A stretch of DNA of 52,983 nt, filler included, from Sphacelaria rigidula (lineage: Eukaryota): assembly GCA_964200075.2 (NCBI GenBank). It is 4 parts of 4 records of this genome, joined end to end, with 100 filler letters (N's around TTAATTAATTAA, not from the genome) between each part and the next. Parts side by side here need not be neighbours in the genome. Positions count along the whole stretch, not along the records: positions 1 to 13,172 come from CAXNAA020003096.1; 3 more parts are not named here. One strand, given 5' to 3'. Shown here piece after piece: positions 1 to 13,272 of this stretch. The notes under the pieces were generated by a model that did not search any database, was not told the origin of the DNA, and saw nothing but the letters and a program-made list of their open reading frames with translations. A program made the translations under genes and the position numbers. Position 1 is the stretch's first letter, and every line of letters starts with the position of its first letter.

Positions 1-132
1 CAAGCCTGGTCCGGCGAAAACCCGGCGTGCTCCGTCCCGGCTTTGCAGGGATGCGAGCTCAATGGTCCTGTGACTACAGCATGCAAGCTCATGACAACCC
101 TCCCCTCCCCATATTTGCGTGTGCCTTTTCCT

Positions 133-258
133 GGGGGTATTTGGCTGGTCCCGAAGATGAACAGGCGATACTTGATTGGCCAGGCCGTGGATCCGGAGAT
201 CACCGAAGGAATCAAGAAAATCCTGATGAGCCGCGGCTCGATCGAGCAGTTGCACCAG
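133..258 (+). CDS. CDF/ZnT9-like exon (5' boundary uncertain)
   Basis: GIWLVPKMNRRYLIGQAVDPEITEGIKKILMSRGSIEQLHQ followed by donor CAG|GTGAGG; no clear AG acceptor seen. Confidence 0.75.
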
Positions 259-932
259 GTGAGGAGCGGAGCCTCCTGTAGTCCCTTGTAGCAGCCGCAC
301 TTTGGATAGGGGAGGGCACGAAAAGTTCCAGCTCGTGACATACCTATTTTTTCTGCAGCTGCAGTGGTTATATAGTTCGTTCTTGGGCTTTTGACGCTAC
401 CATCACCACTGCGTCACGCTGAACGCGGGGTCAATGTAGTCTCATGGCGGTATATAGAACTGTTCGGTGGAACACGTCCTGTGTTCCGGGCGAGGGCTCA
501 TGCAGAGCAAGCACTCGATAGGTTGGTAGACAGGAGTAGCACAGACCAGACTGGAGCTTTTTCTAGGGCGACGGTCTTTTACAGTGGTCTATAGCGTGAA
601 ATTCCTGGGCCACTTTGCGGTACAGCGGGAAATGATGAGGCAGGGCGGGGAGGTGAAGTGGGGGGGTCGTATGTGTTGTTGTTTGTACACCTTTTGTCAT
701 CATAAATGAAAAAGATCAATGATGCTGAATATTGTTTTACGATCTCTAATTTGCGCACCAGTGGCAGAAGATTGTCTTCGCAAGCACCCTCACTTTTGAG
801 CTTTTTGGTCAAACGGTCAAACAGATACGTGCTGTCTTGCTCTACAGTAGGATCTGAGTTTCGACGTCGTTACGTATTGGTGTAGAAACGCGTGTTAAGA
901 GAGCAACAAACTCGTCGCAGCAGTGTATTCAG

Positions 933-983
<51 letters not shown>

Positions 984-3900
984 CCAGCCCCACCCCCTCC
1001 TTCACACACCCCCACCGCCGCAGCGGCCCCCACGAGCNNNNNNNNNNTTTCGTGTTTTGTGGTAAAACACTGTTTAACAAACACAAAACTCCTCTCGGCA
1101 GTGTTTTCTTCCCCCCCCCCCCCCCCCCCCACAACATGGATACAGATCGTTCGCGTTGTGTTTCATTATAAGTCTAATGAAATCGCGGAGCGGTGGAGAC
1201 CTACGCGACGTCTAGTGCGGTCGAAATTCCCCCAATTTGAGTGCGAACCCGTGTCAGATGAAGGTCGATATCCTTTCACCTCCCCACGCAGTGGCGTTGA
1301 CGTCGTTTCCCTTTGATGCATGAACGGATGATGGATTTTTTTTCGTTTTTTCTTCCGCCAACTATGGATGCAGCCCAAGCCAGTCTTGGGCAGCGCTACT
1401 CGTTTCGCTCACAGGGTTATTCAGAGCGATATGCACGTCTGCCTGTCAGGAGGTGTAGTGTCCGCTGACATGCTCGCTGTTTTCGTATTTTCGTGTTTTT
1501 ATTTTTCTCATCATGTGCAGGTGCAGTCGCAATGGGTGGGGCCGTACACCTTCTCGTTCAAGGCGGAAGTGGACTTTGACGGCACCTACCTTGCCGCGCA
1601 GCTCAGATCCAGGTCACGCCGAGTAACAAGAGAATGGGGCATTCAGTCATGCATGAGAAAGTACCAAGGCCATGATTCCGTTTTTGCGCAAACAATCGTC
1701 CATCATACGTCACTTTTGTTTATCGTTTAGAGCTATTGTCATGGTGAAGCCAATATATCGTCTATACATGATATTTTTTGTCTTATTTCGTAGATCCGCG
1801 ATCTCCTAAGGTGAGATTGATAATCTGAGGTGACGTAAGATGCGATGTCTCCGGATATCTCGGGTCTGGAATCAAAGCTTGATTCGTAGGAGACGTTAGT
1901 CGTTGGTGACAGTACAGGAGGTCCAGGACCGTGTGCTCACCATGTTTTTCTTGTGCACACACTCTGATGCATGACCCTTGGCACACGAACAGTTTGGATG
2001 TTCACTGCAGAGGCAGTCATATACAAAAGTTAAACACGACGTGGGGCTTTCGGGTACATGGGTGGGCTTTCATCATTTTCGCCTTGCCCTCAAGTGTCAC
2101 CGGTTGGGTCAAGAACAACGGAGTAGCTGTTGCTGAGAGGTCACATTCCAACCAACCAAAGTCAACCAATTCTCAATTTTTCTTATGTGGTATTGTTTAG
2201 TTTGTCTTTCCCGTTTGAAGTGACTGTTTCCTTTGCTCTGTTTTTTCTCCTTTTTGTGGCGGTGTCTGTCGACCATGTACATCATGTCCATGTACCAGTA
2301 TATACAGATGTAGTTACTTCCTCCCTATGATTCCCCTTCCTTCAGTGGCATAGTATTATGCCATTGTACCATTGCTCGAGTATTTACGATCCAAGTTTGC
2401 ATTTTGACAGGGTGATCCTTCTCGGGTCGGAGACTACCTCCTGGAATTCGTCAGTGCAGTGATGCAATGATGCAGTGGTGTACCCCCGCATGGGACGGGT
2501 GATGCCTATGTGTTTTATTTGCCCGTGGATCTATGTTTTGACCGCGGATCCGAGAAGAAAAGCTGTGGCGATGGTGAAGAAAAGCAAAACTGGAACATTG
2601 ATGCCTTCGGTTGACTGAAGAGGTTACCACGTTATTTGTACAGCGGACAGCGGTTGACTGAAGAGGTTATAAATCTGTACAGCAGTGGTATTTGTACAAA
2701 TAGTGAAGTTCAGTTGAAATAAGGAGGGATTGGTTACAAAATCGAAAAATGGCGTTCTCGTTACTTTACGGGGGAGGAGGGTTCGTTTCACGTGACGTGT
2801 GCGGTCCGATAACAGGCGTCGCATCCCAAAAAGCGTATCCCGCAGTAAAACTTATCATAATCCTTTGGTATCGCTATTTTGTACAGCTGTGATGACCCCT
2901 ATATGTAATGGGTTTTCCAACCCTCATATCCATCGCTAACCTTAACATACTTACTGTAGCTGTTTTACGGACAAAAGTACCATGGGTGATGATGGCAAGA
3001 ACCCCAGCCTCACTATAGTTCTTAAGTAAGGCCCCACCCACACTACCGTAAGATCCTGTTCTCTCAGAAAGACTTCGATGAAGTACTTTTAACTGCATAT
3101 CTACCGATGGCGTGGCTGCCGCACTTGAGGAAGATGTCGAGACTATTTTTCTTACTGTCATGAGTGATATACTCAGTATAATAACTCGGTACCCCTAGCG
3201 CTGACTCCAACGCTGCCCATGATCTTCGCCGGTCGGGTGTGGTCGATCAGCGTTGTAAGCAGCGTGATTTCTTGTGCTGAGGGGGAAGCTGTGCGTCTGT
3301 GTGCTGGCTTGAGTTTTGCCAAAAGTTCGGAGACGATAATGTTTCCCTTCCGCTGCCTGGAGCGAAAGAGAATTGCTTTCCTCTCTTTATTTTTTTTCAG
3401 TGTATCTTTGTCGAGTTTCCTTTACCGAGTGTTTCCGATTTGCTTACCTTGGTTACACCTATATTGTGGTTCATGAACACGCCCGAATCCCTCTTGTGGA
3501 CAATGATCAGTTGATATGCTACAATTTTATATTATTTTTTCATGCGATGACTATTATCGCCAAAATTCCAAGTTGATTAATCAGTGCCGCCGCGCCCCGG
3601 TGGTCTGTCTGATGGTCTAATGGTACAACCGACACCATTGGCGTGGAAAGAACGCAGGTTGGATTCCCGTCAGATACGTTGGGTGCTTTATTCAAAGTAC
3701 TAGTAATAGTGCATGATTTCCACCGCTGAAAACATGAGGACGTACGTAAGTAGCGAAGAACGTATATTGGACTAGAGTCAAAGCGGTGCGGAGTAGTCAT
3801 TGTCCAATCCGTGAGACCAAAATGCAAGTCGTGTATCGGGGCAGAGATAAATGGCTTGATCCCTTGAGACCATAGACTAGTTCCGGGCAAGGGGGGGGTT

Positions 3901-6900
3901 GCAAGTGTGACGGAAAGAGAAGAAAATGGTGGCTGCGTCATGCGGGTAACGCTTGAGGCCACGACTACGGTTGTGTCATTATTCTTTTGCGCATGTACTG
4001 TGCGGTGAGGTAGTCGTGAATATCATCATGGCCGATCCGTTAACGTTTGCGGGTGTTTTTTGCGTTGGATGTTGTACTTCAGATACGGAGAGGAATTCGA
4101 CAAGGTGCTGCGACGACCATCGTCCGACTTGAAGCGGGAAAAAGATCTCGAAATACTGCTGTCGTTCTACACTGAGGACGTCATGAGGGCGGCAGAGAGA
4201 GAGGTGAACAAACATTACTGTAGTATGTCCAACGTGTCGGGAGATGCTGCTCGAAAATACGAAGTGTTTGCGCGGAAACATTTGGATTTATCTTGACTTT
4301 TTATTTTCTTGTGTACGGCTCGCTGTGAGCTAGCACGCTATCCCGTACCCCAGGGACATCAACTTCCTCTCAAGACACAAATTCGGCCTGCACGAGACGT
4401 TCGTGGGGATATAATGGGGTCTGGACGGACTTGGAGCTCACTGGTAGCTACACATATATTTGTCTCCACACAACGGATAAAAAAATGTGGTATATCTTTA
4501 TTTGCGCAAACCGCGAACAGTCAAGAATGAGACGTGTTTGTATTCGCGGCCTGCTTGGTCCTTTATCGGCGTCTCAAGACAAGAAAGATATCCCCTTGTA
4601 AGCACGTCTGTGCTGGCCAGTGGCCGTGCGTTTGAGGGGTCGGGTTCAACAATATACGACTGTTTTGCATAAACACAATCAATTTATTCTCTGCATCCCT
4701 GCTTGGTCGCGTGCATCCAAAAAACACGTATGGATATGCATAATAAAATATACACGAAACGCGTACTATGAATCACGTTGAGGGACTTCTCACGCGTGAA
4801 AATACGTTGGGCGCGAGCCACCGCGAAGGAGACTTGGAAGATATGTCGGGGATGATCGGATCGCTTAGATTAGTGTGTTGAGTGTGTGTGGAGCACGCGC
4901 CAGATGACGTAATGCTGCATTGAAAAAAAATTGTGTATGTAGGAGGTTTCGGACAGGCAATCAATGATTCATGGTATTCTCTTGTGTTGCGATGATGAGT
5001 CATCACAAAAAACAACCGTTTATTTCACCTTCCACTTGCGCTTATGCATTGCAAGAGCCGCTGCTGTTTTGTTGTCGTCCTTGGGTGCTGTACCTTGTTG
5101 TGTTCATTCATATCAGGTCCGAGCGGCGGAGACAGAGATTCGAAAGATGTACCCCGAGGCGGCCTACGTTGATCTAGAGCCCGACAGCAGCACCCACGCT
5201 ATGTACGCCCTGGAGCAGTACCAAACGCCCGCCCTCAAAAAGGTACAGTGGAAGGCATAGCATTTAAACGTTTCGATGCTCATCGAAATGGTACAGTAGT
5301 GAAGGATACATTATTCAGCGTTTTGACGCGTTCCACCAAAAGGGTACATTGCAAAGTATAGTCGAAGAACATTTTTTACCTTTTCGTCGAAAGGGTGCAG
5401 TTCGGCGCCCAACAAGGTATACCAGAGTTGCGCTCTCCGTGTAGAGCGATGTACCCTTTGTTGTCGATGTTCTTTGGTTGCACCTTCTATGTGAACCTGG
5501 GCTGAACAGGACTGTTAGCTTGTTTTGGGGTTGTGCGAGTTTATTCATTCGGATTGTTTTGGCCTGCCGGTTATGTGAGGTCGAAGTAGTTATTTGCTGG
5601 CAGGCCGTGGGTTATGCGGTAGCGAATCAGTGCAAGCACTTCGCGCTCGAAGAAAATTTCAAGAGTTCCTTTACAGCATGTTAGCCACTGTTGTTTGCTG
5701 GAGTGTTCACGACAACTTCATTTTCAAGTAATTTTAATAAAAAATGAAAATGGACCATCATTTGCACTGTACAGGGTAGTCATCTCTATTGCCCGCTTTA
5801 TTATTTTTGTAGAGAGGGTACAGCGCTTATTAGGTGACCGAGCTTCTGGCTGTTTTTTGTTGTCTGTACAACGGTGGAAGTTGGAAGACGGAAAATATCT
5901 GCATTTCGATAGCGTCTCATCATTCACGAGACGAAAATATGAAATTGGATGCTACGTGATCCTCGCTCCAGGGTTAGTGTGTGCGGGGTTAGTGTGTGCG
6001 GCGAGTTTCCTTGCAAAGCAGGGGCATATTTCTTGGTGCTCAGGGGCTGTCCACCGAGACGTTTTGGGTTATTTGTTTCTTTAATCACAGAGAGGCGCGA
6101 CGTAGACCCATATCACGATAATCATCATACTGAACTTGTTTCCAATTTTTTTCTGTAGGAAGGAAAAAATGTATGAATGGATTCACGACTTCGCCACCTG
6201 GCGTATATTTTGAGTGAATTGCACCGCCTCTGTAGCGGGAACTACGTTTTTAAGGGAAGCTGCATGAAGAAATGAAACACGTCCGACTGGAGACGTCACT
6301 TACTTTGTTGTTCGATTTCGTCGACCTTGTGGGGTGAGGATTTTTTACAGCTCGTCCCAGGTATCGTCGGAAAGCTATGTACTCGCAGGTTTCTTGCCGC
6401 TGCCTTCACACTCTATACCATTTCTCTGCTACGCTCGAGGAAAATAGTTGGTTTTTTATTATGCCGAGATTTGTCGCGTGTAGGAGACAGAACCAAGAAG
6501 TGTCAGGGAAAGTGTGTGTTGGAGAGCCCTTGGCGAGCGTTTGATCTAGCGGAGGTTTCCGCCCCAGCGGCGTTACCATTACCAAAGCCAGCAACCGAAG
6601 CATGCCTGAGAGCTGTTCTAGCTTCCACAACTACACCGACCGAACGCAATCGGGGCTACATGAGCACGGAGACCCCCTTTCACGCTATGTTCGAATACCT
6701 TCGCCCCGGGCCTTGTCTCGCGGAAGCGGAAATCCGGGTGTGGTGTGTGTTCTCCAACGTTTCATTTTAGTGTTGTTTTGAAACTTTCTTTGTTTTCCCG
6801 AGATTCGCGGGGGGAAAAAGAGCGTGCCCAGTGCTCGTTGTCAACCCACCGCTGCGACTGACTTGACGTGCTTTGTGGCTATCGCAGGAGTACTCCGCAA

Positions 6901-7303
6901 GCTAAAGTAGGATTCAGAGCGCCGATACGCGTGAGGCATGAGGCATCTTTGAAACCCCTCAGAGGTGGTACGTGAGATTTCCCTGTTACTTTACCGCCGA
7001 TAATTACCTCGCTCTCGGCTAGTAAAGTAGGCAACGTCCAACCTTTCACACTGTGCGCCCAATAACTAACTCATCCTCCTGGCTGTCTTCCGTGAACCCC
7101 CTGTCATTTCGCGGCAGGAGGAAGAGGTCGTCGCGGCCAAGATGTTCCTCGCCATTCTGGCGGAATCCAAGCAACGCTTGGCCGCAGTAGAGGCCGCGAC
7201 CAAAGCCGCCGACCCTGCTAGCGATGTAACGTCACGATCTGACAAAGCGCCCACCCGGCGCACGGATGGGTCTGGGGACAGAGATGAGGGGTCTAGGCGA
7301 TGA
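133..7303 (+). CDS. 3' part of a spliced cation diffusion facilitator gene (ZnT9/SLC30A9/plant MTP7-like zinc transporter); exons ~133-258, 1521-1612, 4083-4203, 5117-5242, 7118-7303
   Basis: GT-AG introns with matching phases (0,2,0,0) give NRRYLIGQAVDPEITEGIKKILMSRGSIEQLHQ|VQSQWVGPYTFSFKAEVDFDGTYLAAQLRSR|YGEEF...LLSFYTEDVMRAAERE|VRAAETEIRKMYPEAAYVDLEPDS...; the motifs N..LIG, GP..F.FKAEVDFDG and E..IR...P....VDLE are typical of the ZnT9/MTP7 C-terminal domain. The 5' part lies outside the contig. Confidence 0.88.
1521..1612 (+). CDS. CDF/ZnT9-like exon
   Basis: tgcag|GTG...CAG|gtcacg; VQSQWVGPYTFSFKAEVDFDGTYLAAQLRS. Confidence 0.88.
2870..3960 (-). mobile_element. Possible decayed non-LTR retrotransposon remnant in CDF intron 2
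   Basis: Broken minus-strand frames contain GLTDW, RFD..IYV and TDHR, loosely resembling APE-endonuclease motifs (L.D.W, RID.I.V, SDH). Confidence 0.25.
4083..4203 (+). CDS. CDF/ZnT9-like exon
   Basis: ttcag|A TAC...GAG|gtgaac; phase matches the previous exon; YGEEFDKVLRR...EDVMRAAERE. Confidence 0.85.
5117..5242 (+). CDS. CDF/ZnT9-like exon
   Basis: atcag|GTC...AAG|gtacag; VRAAETEIRKMYPEAAYVDLEPDS... Confidence 0.85.
7118..7303 (+). CDS. Probable terminal exon of the CDF gene
   Basis: ggcag|GAG, phase 0; EEEVVAAKMFLAILAESKQRLAAVEAATK...GSRR then TGA. Confidence 0.65.
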   Translation, partial: EEEVVAAKMFLAILAESKQRLAAVEAATKAADPASDVTSRSDKAPTRRTDGSGDRDEGSRR

Positions 7304-10300
7304 TAGATACTCCGACTCAAGAACGAGATAATGAGGACGCCCCCTTTTTTTCGACCAAACCAATCCTTGCTCAGACCCACGGACGCAGGTTCGATAACCG
7401 CTCTTGGGAAGGCCCCTAGATGGACGGATGGGCGGGGGGCCCGAGATAGACATGGAAAAGGATCAGAAGTAGAACAAGCACTTTCGGGGTTGTGGATGCA
7501 GAGGGAAATTAATAATTCAGGGTTTGACCCTCGCATGATTTTAGATTGAGCTGTTGATATGTATGAACAGCGACGAATGTAGGTGCTCAGATATCATTAC
7601 CATGTCTGGCAACATGCGTAATTGCGAGTGTGAAATGAACCCAACATATTGGATCAGAAGGGAGTAGTTTTGTGTCCAGAAGACACTTGTAGGAGGGGCG
7701 CGCGTCAAACTCATTTGAAGATGAAGGCATGGCACCTGATCAACACCATCTTGTTCTTCGAGACATGGGGCTCTGATCAGGTTTGCGTGTGGGTAAAACA
7801 CCCAGAGTTCAATTTTGCGTGTGTCGTGATTCGGTTGTTCTCTGTATCTTTGCGGCACGAGAAATCATGAAAACACCCCGAGTACGATACCTCAGTCGAG
7901 GATTTTACCGCCAAATCGCTCCGTTTGGGGGGGATAAGGGAGCTGGTGTGTCACGTCTTTCTATTTTTTTTTAGTGAATTCTGCTATTATATGTAGAGCC
8001 CGAGACCATCTTTCATCTGTTTGAAATGAATGAAGGTCAAAAACCACGTCGTCAGTTCTGTAAAAAATATATCTGTGATTAGTATGTGGGCGAGTCACAC
8101 TTCGTCATCCTCACAATGTGAAAACCAAGTCTATGCTTCTTGTACTGGGTTGAGCTCTTCGAATTCCTTTGGATCTTCCTTAATGTCCTGCCGACCGTAG
8201 ACTCATCCCGGTATGAAATGGCCACTCCAGGTGCAAGCCTATTTGCCTCAAACCACAACATCGGGGCGAGTAGGCACAACGCGTGAGAAGCGAGCGAAGT
8301 CAGCAGCAGCTGCAGAATGGAGGTCACCGTTGACTTCAACTTTAAACAAGATATATATCATGTTCCAAAAATGTCTCGCACGGGAGGGTCGAATCCTGGG
8401 AGGTGTGGCCCCGACAGAATAAGTATTGCATCAATTTGAATTCGATTCGGTCGCAGCGCACGGTGCACACTGAACGTCGGTGCCGTCCTGCCGGTGAAAC
8501 CTCACCCTCGATACTTATTATAGTACCACGCTCTATGTCGATCCGTCAAGGATTCGGGAAATGATGGCGCATGACATACGCCTCCGGAGCTATTAACACA
8601 CATGGTGGGTATGCCGGTGGTGTCTGGCGCTCTAGCGTAGTCACCAGGTGGAAGAAACGGTGATTTGTGCTCGATGATGACTCTGAACTGTTGAAGGTTT
8701 CCCGTTCTCTTATCTTGTTAGCGCAACTGTCGAATCTGCCAGGAGTGGCTTCCATATCAGTTTAGCCCACCCAGACTGATAGGGGAAATCTCACGCTTTG
8801 TTGACTTCGGACCTCTGAGTGTAGCTCATTAAATATCATTAAATTCACGCCGTTCTCAATGGTTCGCCACGCCGACGCTTCGCACACAGGAATTTCAAAC
8901 TTGGTCGGACGTTCGCCAAAGGTTTCCGTATCTCACTTCTTCTGCAAGGATTTCACAGCATGCAACTTGTCTTGTCTCGACACATTCCGCGGTATGAGTA
9001 AATGGTCACGGCGTAAATATGAGGGGGCGGGGGGGGGGGGGGAGGAGGATGAAGCAGCAAAGACAAAAAGCCAGCGCTGGACACACGATTGCGGCCGATT
9101 ATACCTGACAGCGGAAAAATCACTGGGAGTGGTGGTGGCGATGGTAGTTGTGATACCAGAGGGCAGTGAACAGGGGGAAGGGGAACACGTACAGTCAAGT
9201 GGGTAGAGGGTAGACGGGCGCCGGACCCGATGGAAGAGGAACGAGACGGACTCGACGCTGTTGCTTGGCACATCGCGTGCGGAGGGTATCTAAGCGAAGG
9301 GACACCGCGCTTTCTACGACACCTGCACTCAAAAACACCTGATAATATTGCCCGCTCCGATTCGAAAAATAACCCCCGCACTGCTAAAAGGTCAGCTGGG
9401 AGGGTGAGGGGTTGATTCCGGCAGTGGGCGCATGGATGGTGCTGTTACCCTGGAGAGAAGTAAAGCAGGACCATCGCAAAATACTTTAGTGGCAACGACG
9501 CGGATGTCGAGACAAGATCAACGGGGGAAACTAAGGATGCGCTGTCCAGGATCTGGAAAAAAAGCGCACGATCTGAAACTCATGAATGATGCGAACTTGT
9601 TGGCGATGCCGGCGCTCTGACTAACTGCGATAGGCTAAGCAGATAATTCGGAAACTTTCCACGACGCCAGACCAGGATCCGAATGTTCTAGTCCGGACCA
9701 ACACCAACGAAAGTAGGAAGCACCGAAGGGGGAGCTAGATCTAGGGGGGCGTACTTTCACCACCGCTGTCACAGACAAGCACAGTAGTATTTTCAGCCGA
9801 GTTGATAAGACCACTACTGGCGTCCTGTCGCGGCATAATGCCCAAAACGAGGATGATGAAGGTCCAAAGCGCTAGAAGGCGTACTGTAAGAGAGAGAGAG
9901 AGAGCAAATCGATGGTTGGGCCTTCGATCGCAGAACGGTGATGACCTGGATGTTATAACGAAGACCAGCACTAGGGAGAAAACGGCGATGGTGATGTTGG
10001 GGCGTCGTCCCGTGCGTTAGATCATTTGATGTGTCTCAACATTTTATCAACTAGTTCAGCTTTTTGTCTCAACTAGCTCTTCTAGGAGCAGCATTACATT
10101 ATTAACTTGTTGTATATCGTATAGAAATTTTCGATATATTGTATCGAAATATCGTTATCGTCATCGTATCGAAAGCAGTTTGATATGACCATAACGATGA
10201 CAATAACGATAACAATAACGATAAGTTCGATACGATACGATAAATGCTGTCTTTCCCCCCGATTAATGTGTGATTGGTCATTGCAATCTATTGCTGGTGA

Positions 10301-11495
10301 GGTATTATATTTGTCAGGCTCTTACCCATTCTGCTTCAGTCTTGTGTTGGCGTTTTCTGCTCCTAACTTCGGGCAAGCATAATATGCTTCGAAGTATATG
10401 CCTCAAGGAGGCATTTTTGCTCATTATTGGCCATGCTACTTTGGGGTACAATGGAAGTTCTCACACCTCTGCTTGTTAATCTGTGTCACTTATCCCTATT
10501 TCCTTTCCCACTTCGACTTTTCGTTCCATACGTGCGTGTTATTTTTTGCGCGCCTCAGTGTATTTTTGATGTCTCCGGTTGTTTGCGCAGTGTATGATTA
10601 AAGACATCTACTTCGGGAACCCTCCCCTTTCGTCCTCGAACCAGACACCTTATTATTTCAAGCCCTGACAAGGAAAAATAGGAACAGAAAATACCGGCGG
10701 TAACCATTTTTACGGCGGAAGGCCACAAAAAATCTACAAGCGTACGTTATGCGCCCACCAAACATTTCACCCCGGTGTGGTCAGATTATTCATTTCCTCA
10801 TATTTCTGCGGTCAGAGTGGATGGATGAGGCCCTGGTGGTGGTGATTGTTGGGTTTGATCAAATCCGAACACGTCCAATTTTTCTGGTCTGAGAGACCTT
10901 GAATACAGTAGGCCAATGTTGATTGGAGATGAAACTAAATACTAGTAGCTCATTTTTTTTTGCCTCCGGCGGCACCTCCCGCGGGACCCCCTCGCCGGGC
11001 GAGGGGGGGGCGTTTGGGGCTCGCACAGTGAGCGGGCGAGCGTAGCCGAGTCCTGTGCGAGCCCGCTCGCTGCGCTGGCAGTTCGGCGTCGCCGGAATTT
11101 ATCGAAACTTTTTGATGTCGAACGCTGAAAATGTCGTTATCGTATCGAAGTGATAACTGACCACTTCGATATCCGACACTCTCGACATCAACCATGAGAA
11201 TCTCAAAGTGCCGTTTCGCAGCGGGCAAACGTTCCGCTTCGTGACGCGGTGAGACCAATTACGCCGCATCATACCATCGTACCGCCCTCTCACGTTAAAC
11301 CTTGCTGAGCATGTCTTCGTGCCTTGTACAACTCCATAACCATTCCCGAGCAGCCTCTGCGTGCAAGTAAACCCTCGATAAAAGGATTTACAGCAATAGG
11401 TTTCTGGGAGCAGTGCATTAACTTGCAATGTGGGTACGATAACAACACCAATAAAGTCAGTACGCATAATTTGATAATTTGTGGAAAAAATTCGA

Positions 11496-11696
11496 ATGGG
11501 GTCAGATCCCGCCGACCCATCGGCCACAGTTGATGAGGCTGCGCAGCGCTACGCGGCGAGGATGGTATACCTCACGGAGGACGACGACGTCCCTGGATTC
11601 GGCAATGCCACTCTGGAACCTATGGGAAGGACGCTGAAGCCGCCGGCTCTCTTCATGTCAAGGCGGCAAGCCCTGGCTGATTCTACCCTGAGCGCG
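11496..11696 (+). CDS. Probable first coding exon of an unknown protein
   Basis: ATG with GC-rich codon-like composition, MGSDPADPSATVDEAAQRYAARMVYLTEDDDVPGFG...DSTLSA, ending at donor GCG|GTGAGA in phase 0. Confidence 0.5.
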
Positions 11697-12155
11697 GTGA
11701 GATTTGACTTTTGAAGCGTTGGCCTGCGTGACTGAAATTTGGTGCAGTGAGTGCTAGACTATAATACGAAGAACGTATTTCGGTGCTTTGATATTAAAGA
11801 CGTAGCCTTGAACAGAACGGCGATATAATTCCAAGCCGTGATAATCAGGGGTAAAACGTGGTGAAGGGGGAATCCAACCGAGAACTAATGCGGCTAGAAA
11901 GCTGCAAAACGAAATTATGGAGGGGTGATATTGGTCTGTTGCTCCTCCTGAAACCGACTATTATTGTAGAGCTCTACTGTTGTTGTACAATCAGTCAGAC
12001 AAACGCGAAGCCTTTTTGAGGCGAGCGTGCAGATGGCCAGGTCCCGTCGCGGCACGGTACAGCGGTGGATAGTGCTGGGCGGTCGTGCCGCAGGACTCTG
12101 TCAACTGAGGGAGACGCCTGAAGGGGTAAAGGCTGAATTACCTGCTCGGCGCAAG

Positions 12156-12223
12156 GTTGCATGTTTGAAAGGGGTCGTGGGACCTCCGTTGCATGTTTGA
12201 AAGGGGTCGTGGGACCTCCGTTG
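12156..12223. repeat. Perfect 32-bp tandem duplication
   Basis: GTTGCATGTTTGAAAGGGGTCGTGGGACCTCC x2 followed by GTTG. Confidence 0.9.
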
Positions 12224-13172
12224 ATGTATTAATTCCCCGGTAGAAAAGTGTATATTATACTCTCCATGTAAAATGTAAAAACCCCATCTGCGTCCTCATA
12301 CACACCACAAAACACGCTGAACGACGTGGGGGCTTTATTCATGAGGAAATCCCTCATAGAAAATGACACGTCATAATCCCCATTTCCTCGGCCCGTGACA
12401 AGGCGCGTGTCCCCCCAGCAGATATGTACTGCAACCACTACATCGGGCACACCTTAAATAACATAACTTATCTCTAATTCGTACGTCCCCTGTGTGTCAT
12501 GATCCAATATCAATATCCATTTTCCTTGCATCGAGGCAGATATACAGTTACAATCCTTGAGTGTAAGTATATTCGATTAAGGGGAACTCCGAGTGATAGC
12601 TCGGGGGGCATACTGGTTTGTCGCCTTGACTGCGAAGACTTCAGATGTCCACTACAGGAGTACTTATCGTGCTTTCACGTGCTTGTTTTCTCCACGAGCT
12701 GAACCAGCTGACATTGATTCTTGAATGTTTTCGGGTCAGGCGGTGCTGAATTTCAAAGTCAGGCGCTGAAATTTTGACGTGACATTTTTATTATCTACAC
12801 ACGTAGCATTTCTCCGGATGCCAAGAAAAAAAAAAAAGTTCAAGCGATTTGAAATTTCAGCAAAAACTGAAAAAATGTCAACTGTGTGGAAATAAAGAAG
12901 AGCGGTGGCATCCCCAGTGATATTGTACGTACTTGCGTGCAGGAGATCCTGGTGAAGTTTCAGCCCAAATCCCCCAGAATTGGGCTCAGTCCGCACTTTT
13001 TGTGTGATACCGCTGCGCTCCTGTAATCGAAGTGATACAGGAGACTCCAGTCACCGAGATCTATAGCCTCTGCCAGACGATCTGGACAAGGGGGCTATCC
13101 AGTGAAGGACTTCTCCAGAATCGACTGACCTCACGCTCGATAAGACTTCTATTAGAGCTTCCATTCATGAAG

Positions 13173-13272
13173 NNNNNNNNNNNNNNNNNNNNNNNNNNNN
13201 NNNNNNNNNNNNNNNNTTAATTAATTAANNNNNNNNNNNNNNNNNNNNNNNNNNNNNNNNNNNNNNNNNNNN
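13173..13272. other. Artificial contig linker (N44-TTAATTAATTAA-N44)
   Basis: 100-nt spacer with stops in all six frames. Confidence 0.97.

Noticed and set aside
923-1171. Poly-Pro/poly-Gly ORFs from poly-C runs (similar runs at ~23502, ~26415, ~39082)
   Set aside because: Homopolymer tracts outside the inferred exons, some next to N gaps; run lengths are unreliable and the ORFs are non-coding artefacts
8079-9700. Scattered ORFs downstream of the transporter gene
   Set aside because: No recognisable motifs or consistent splice model; probably decayed repeat or intergenic DNA
12156-12223. 32-bp repeat resembling a CRISPR direct repeat
   Set aside because: Only two abutting copies with no spacer
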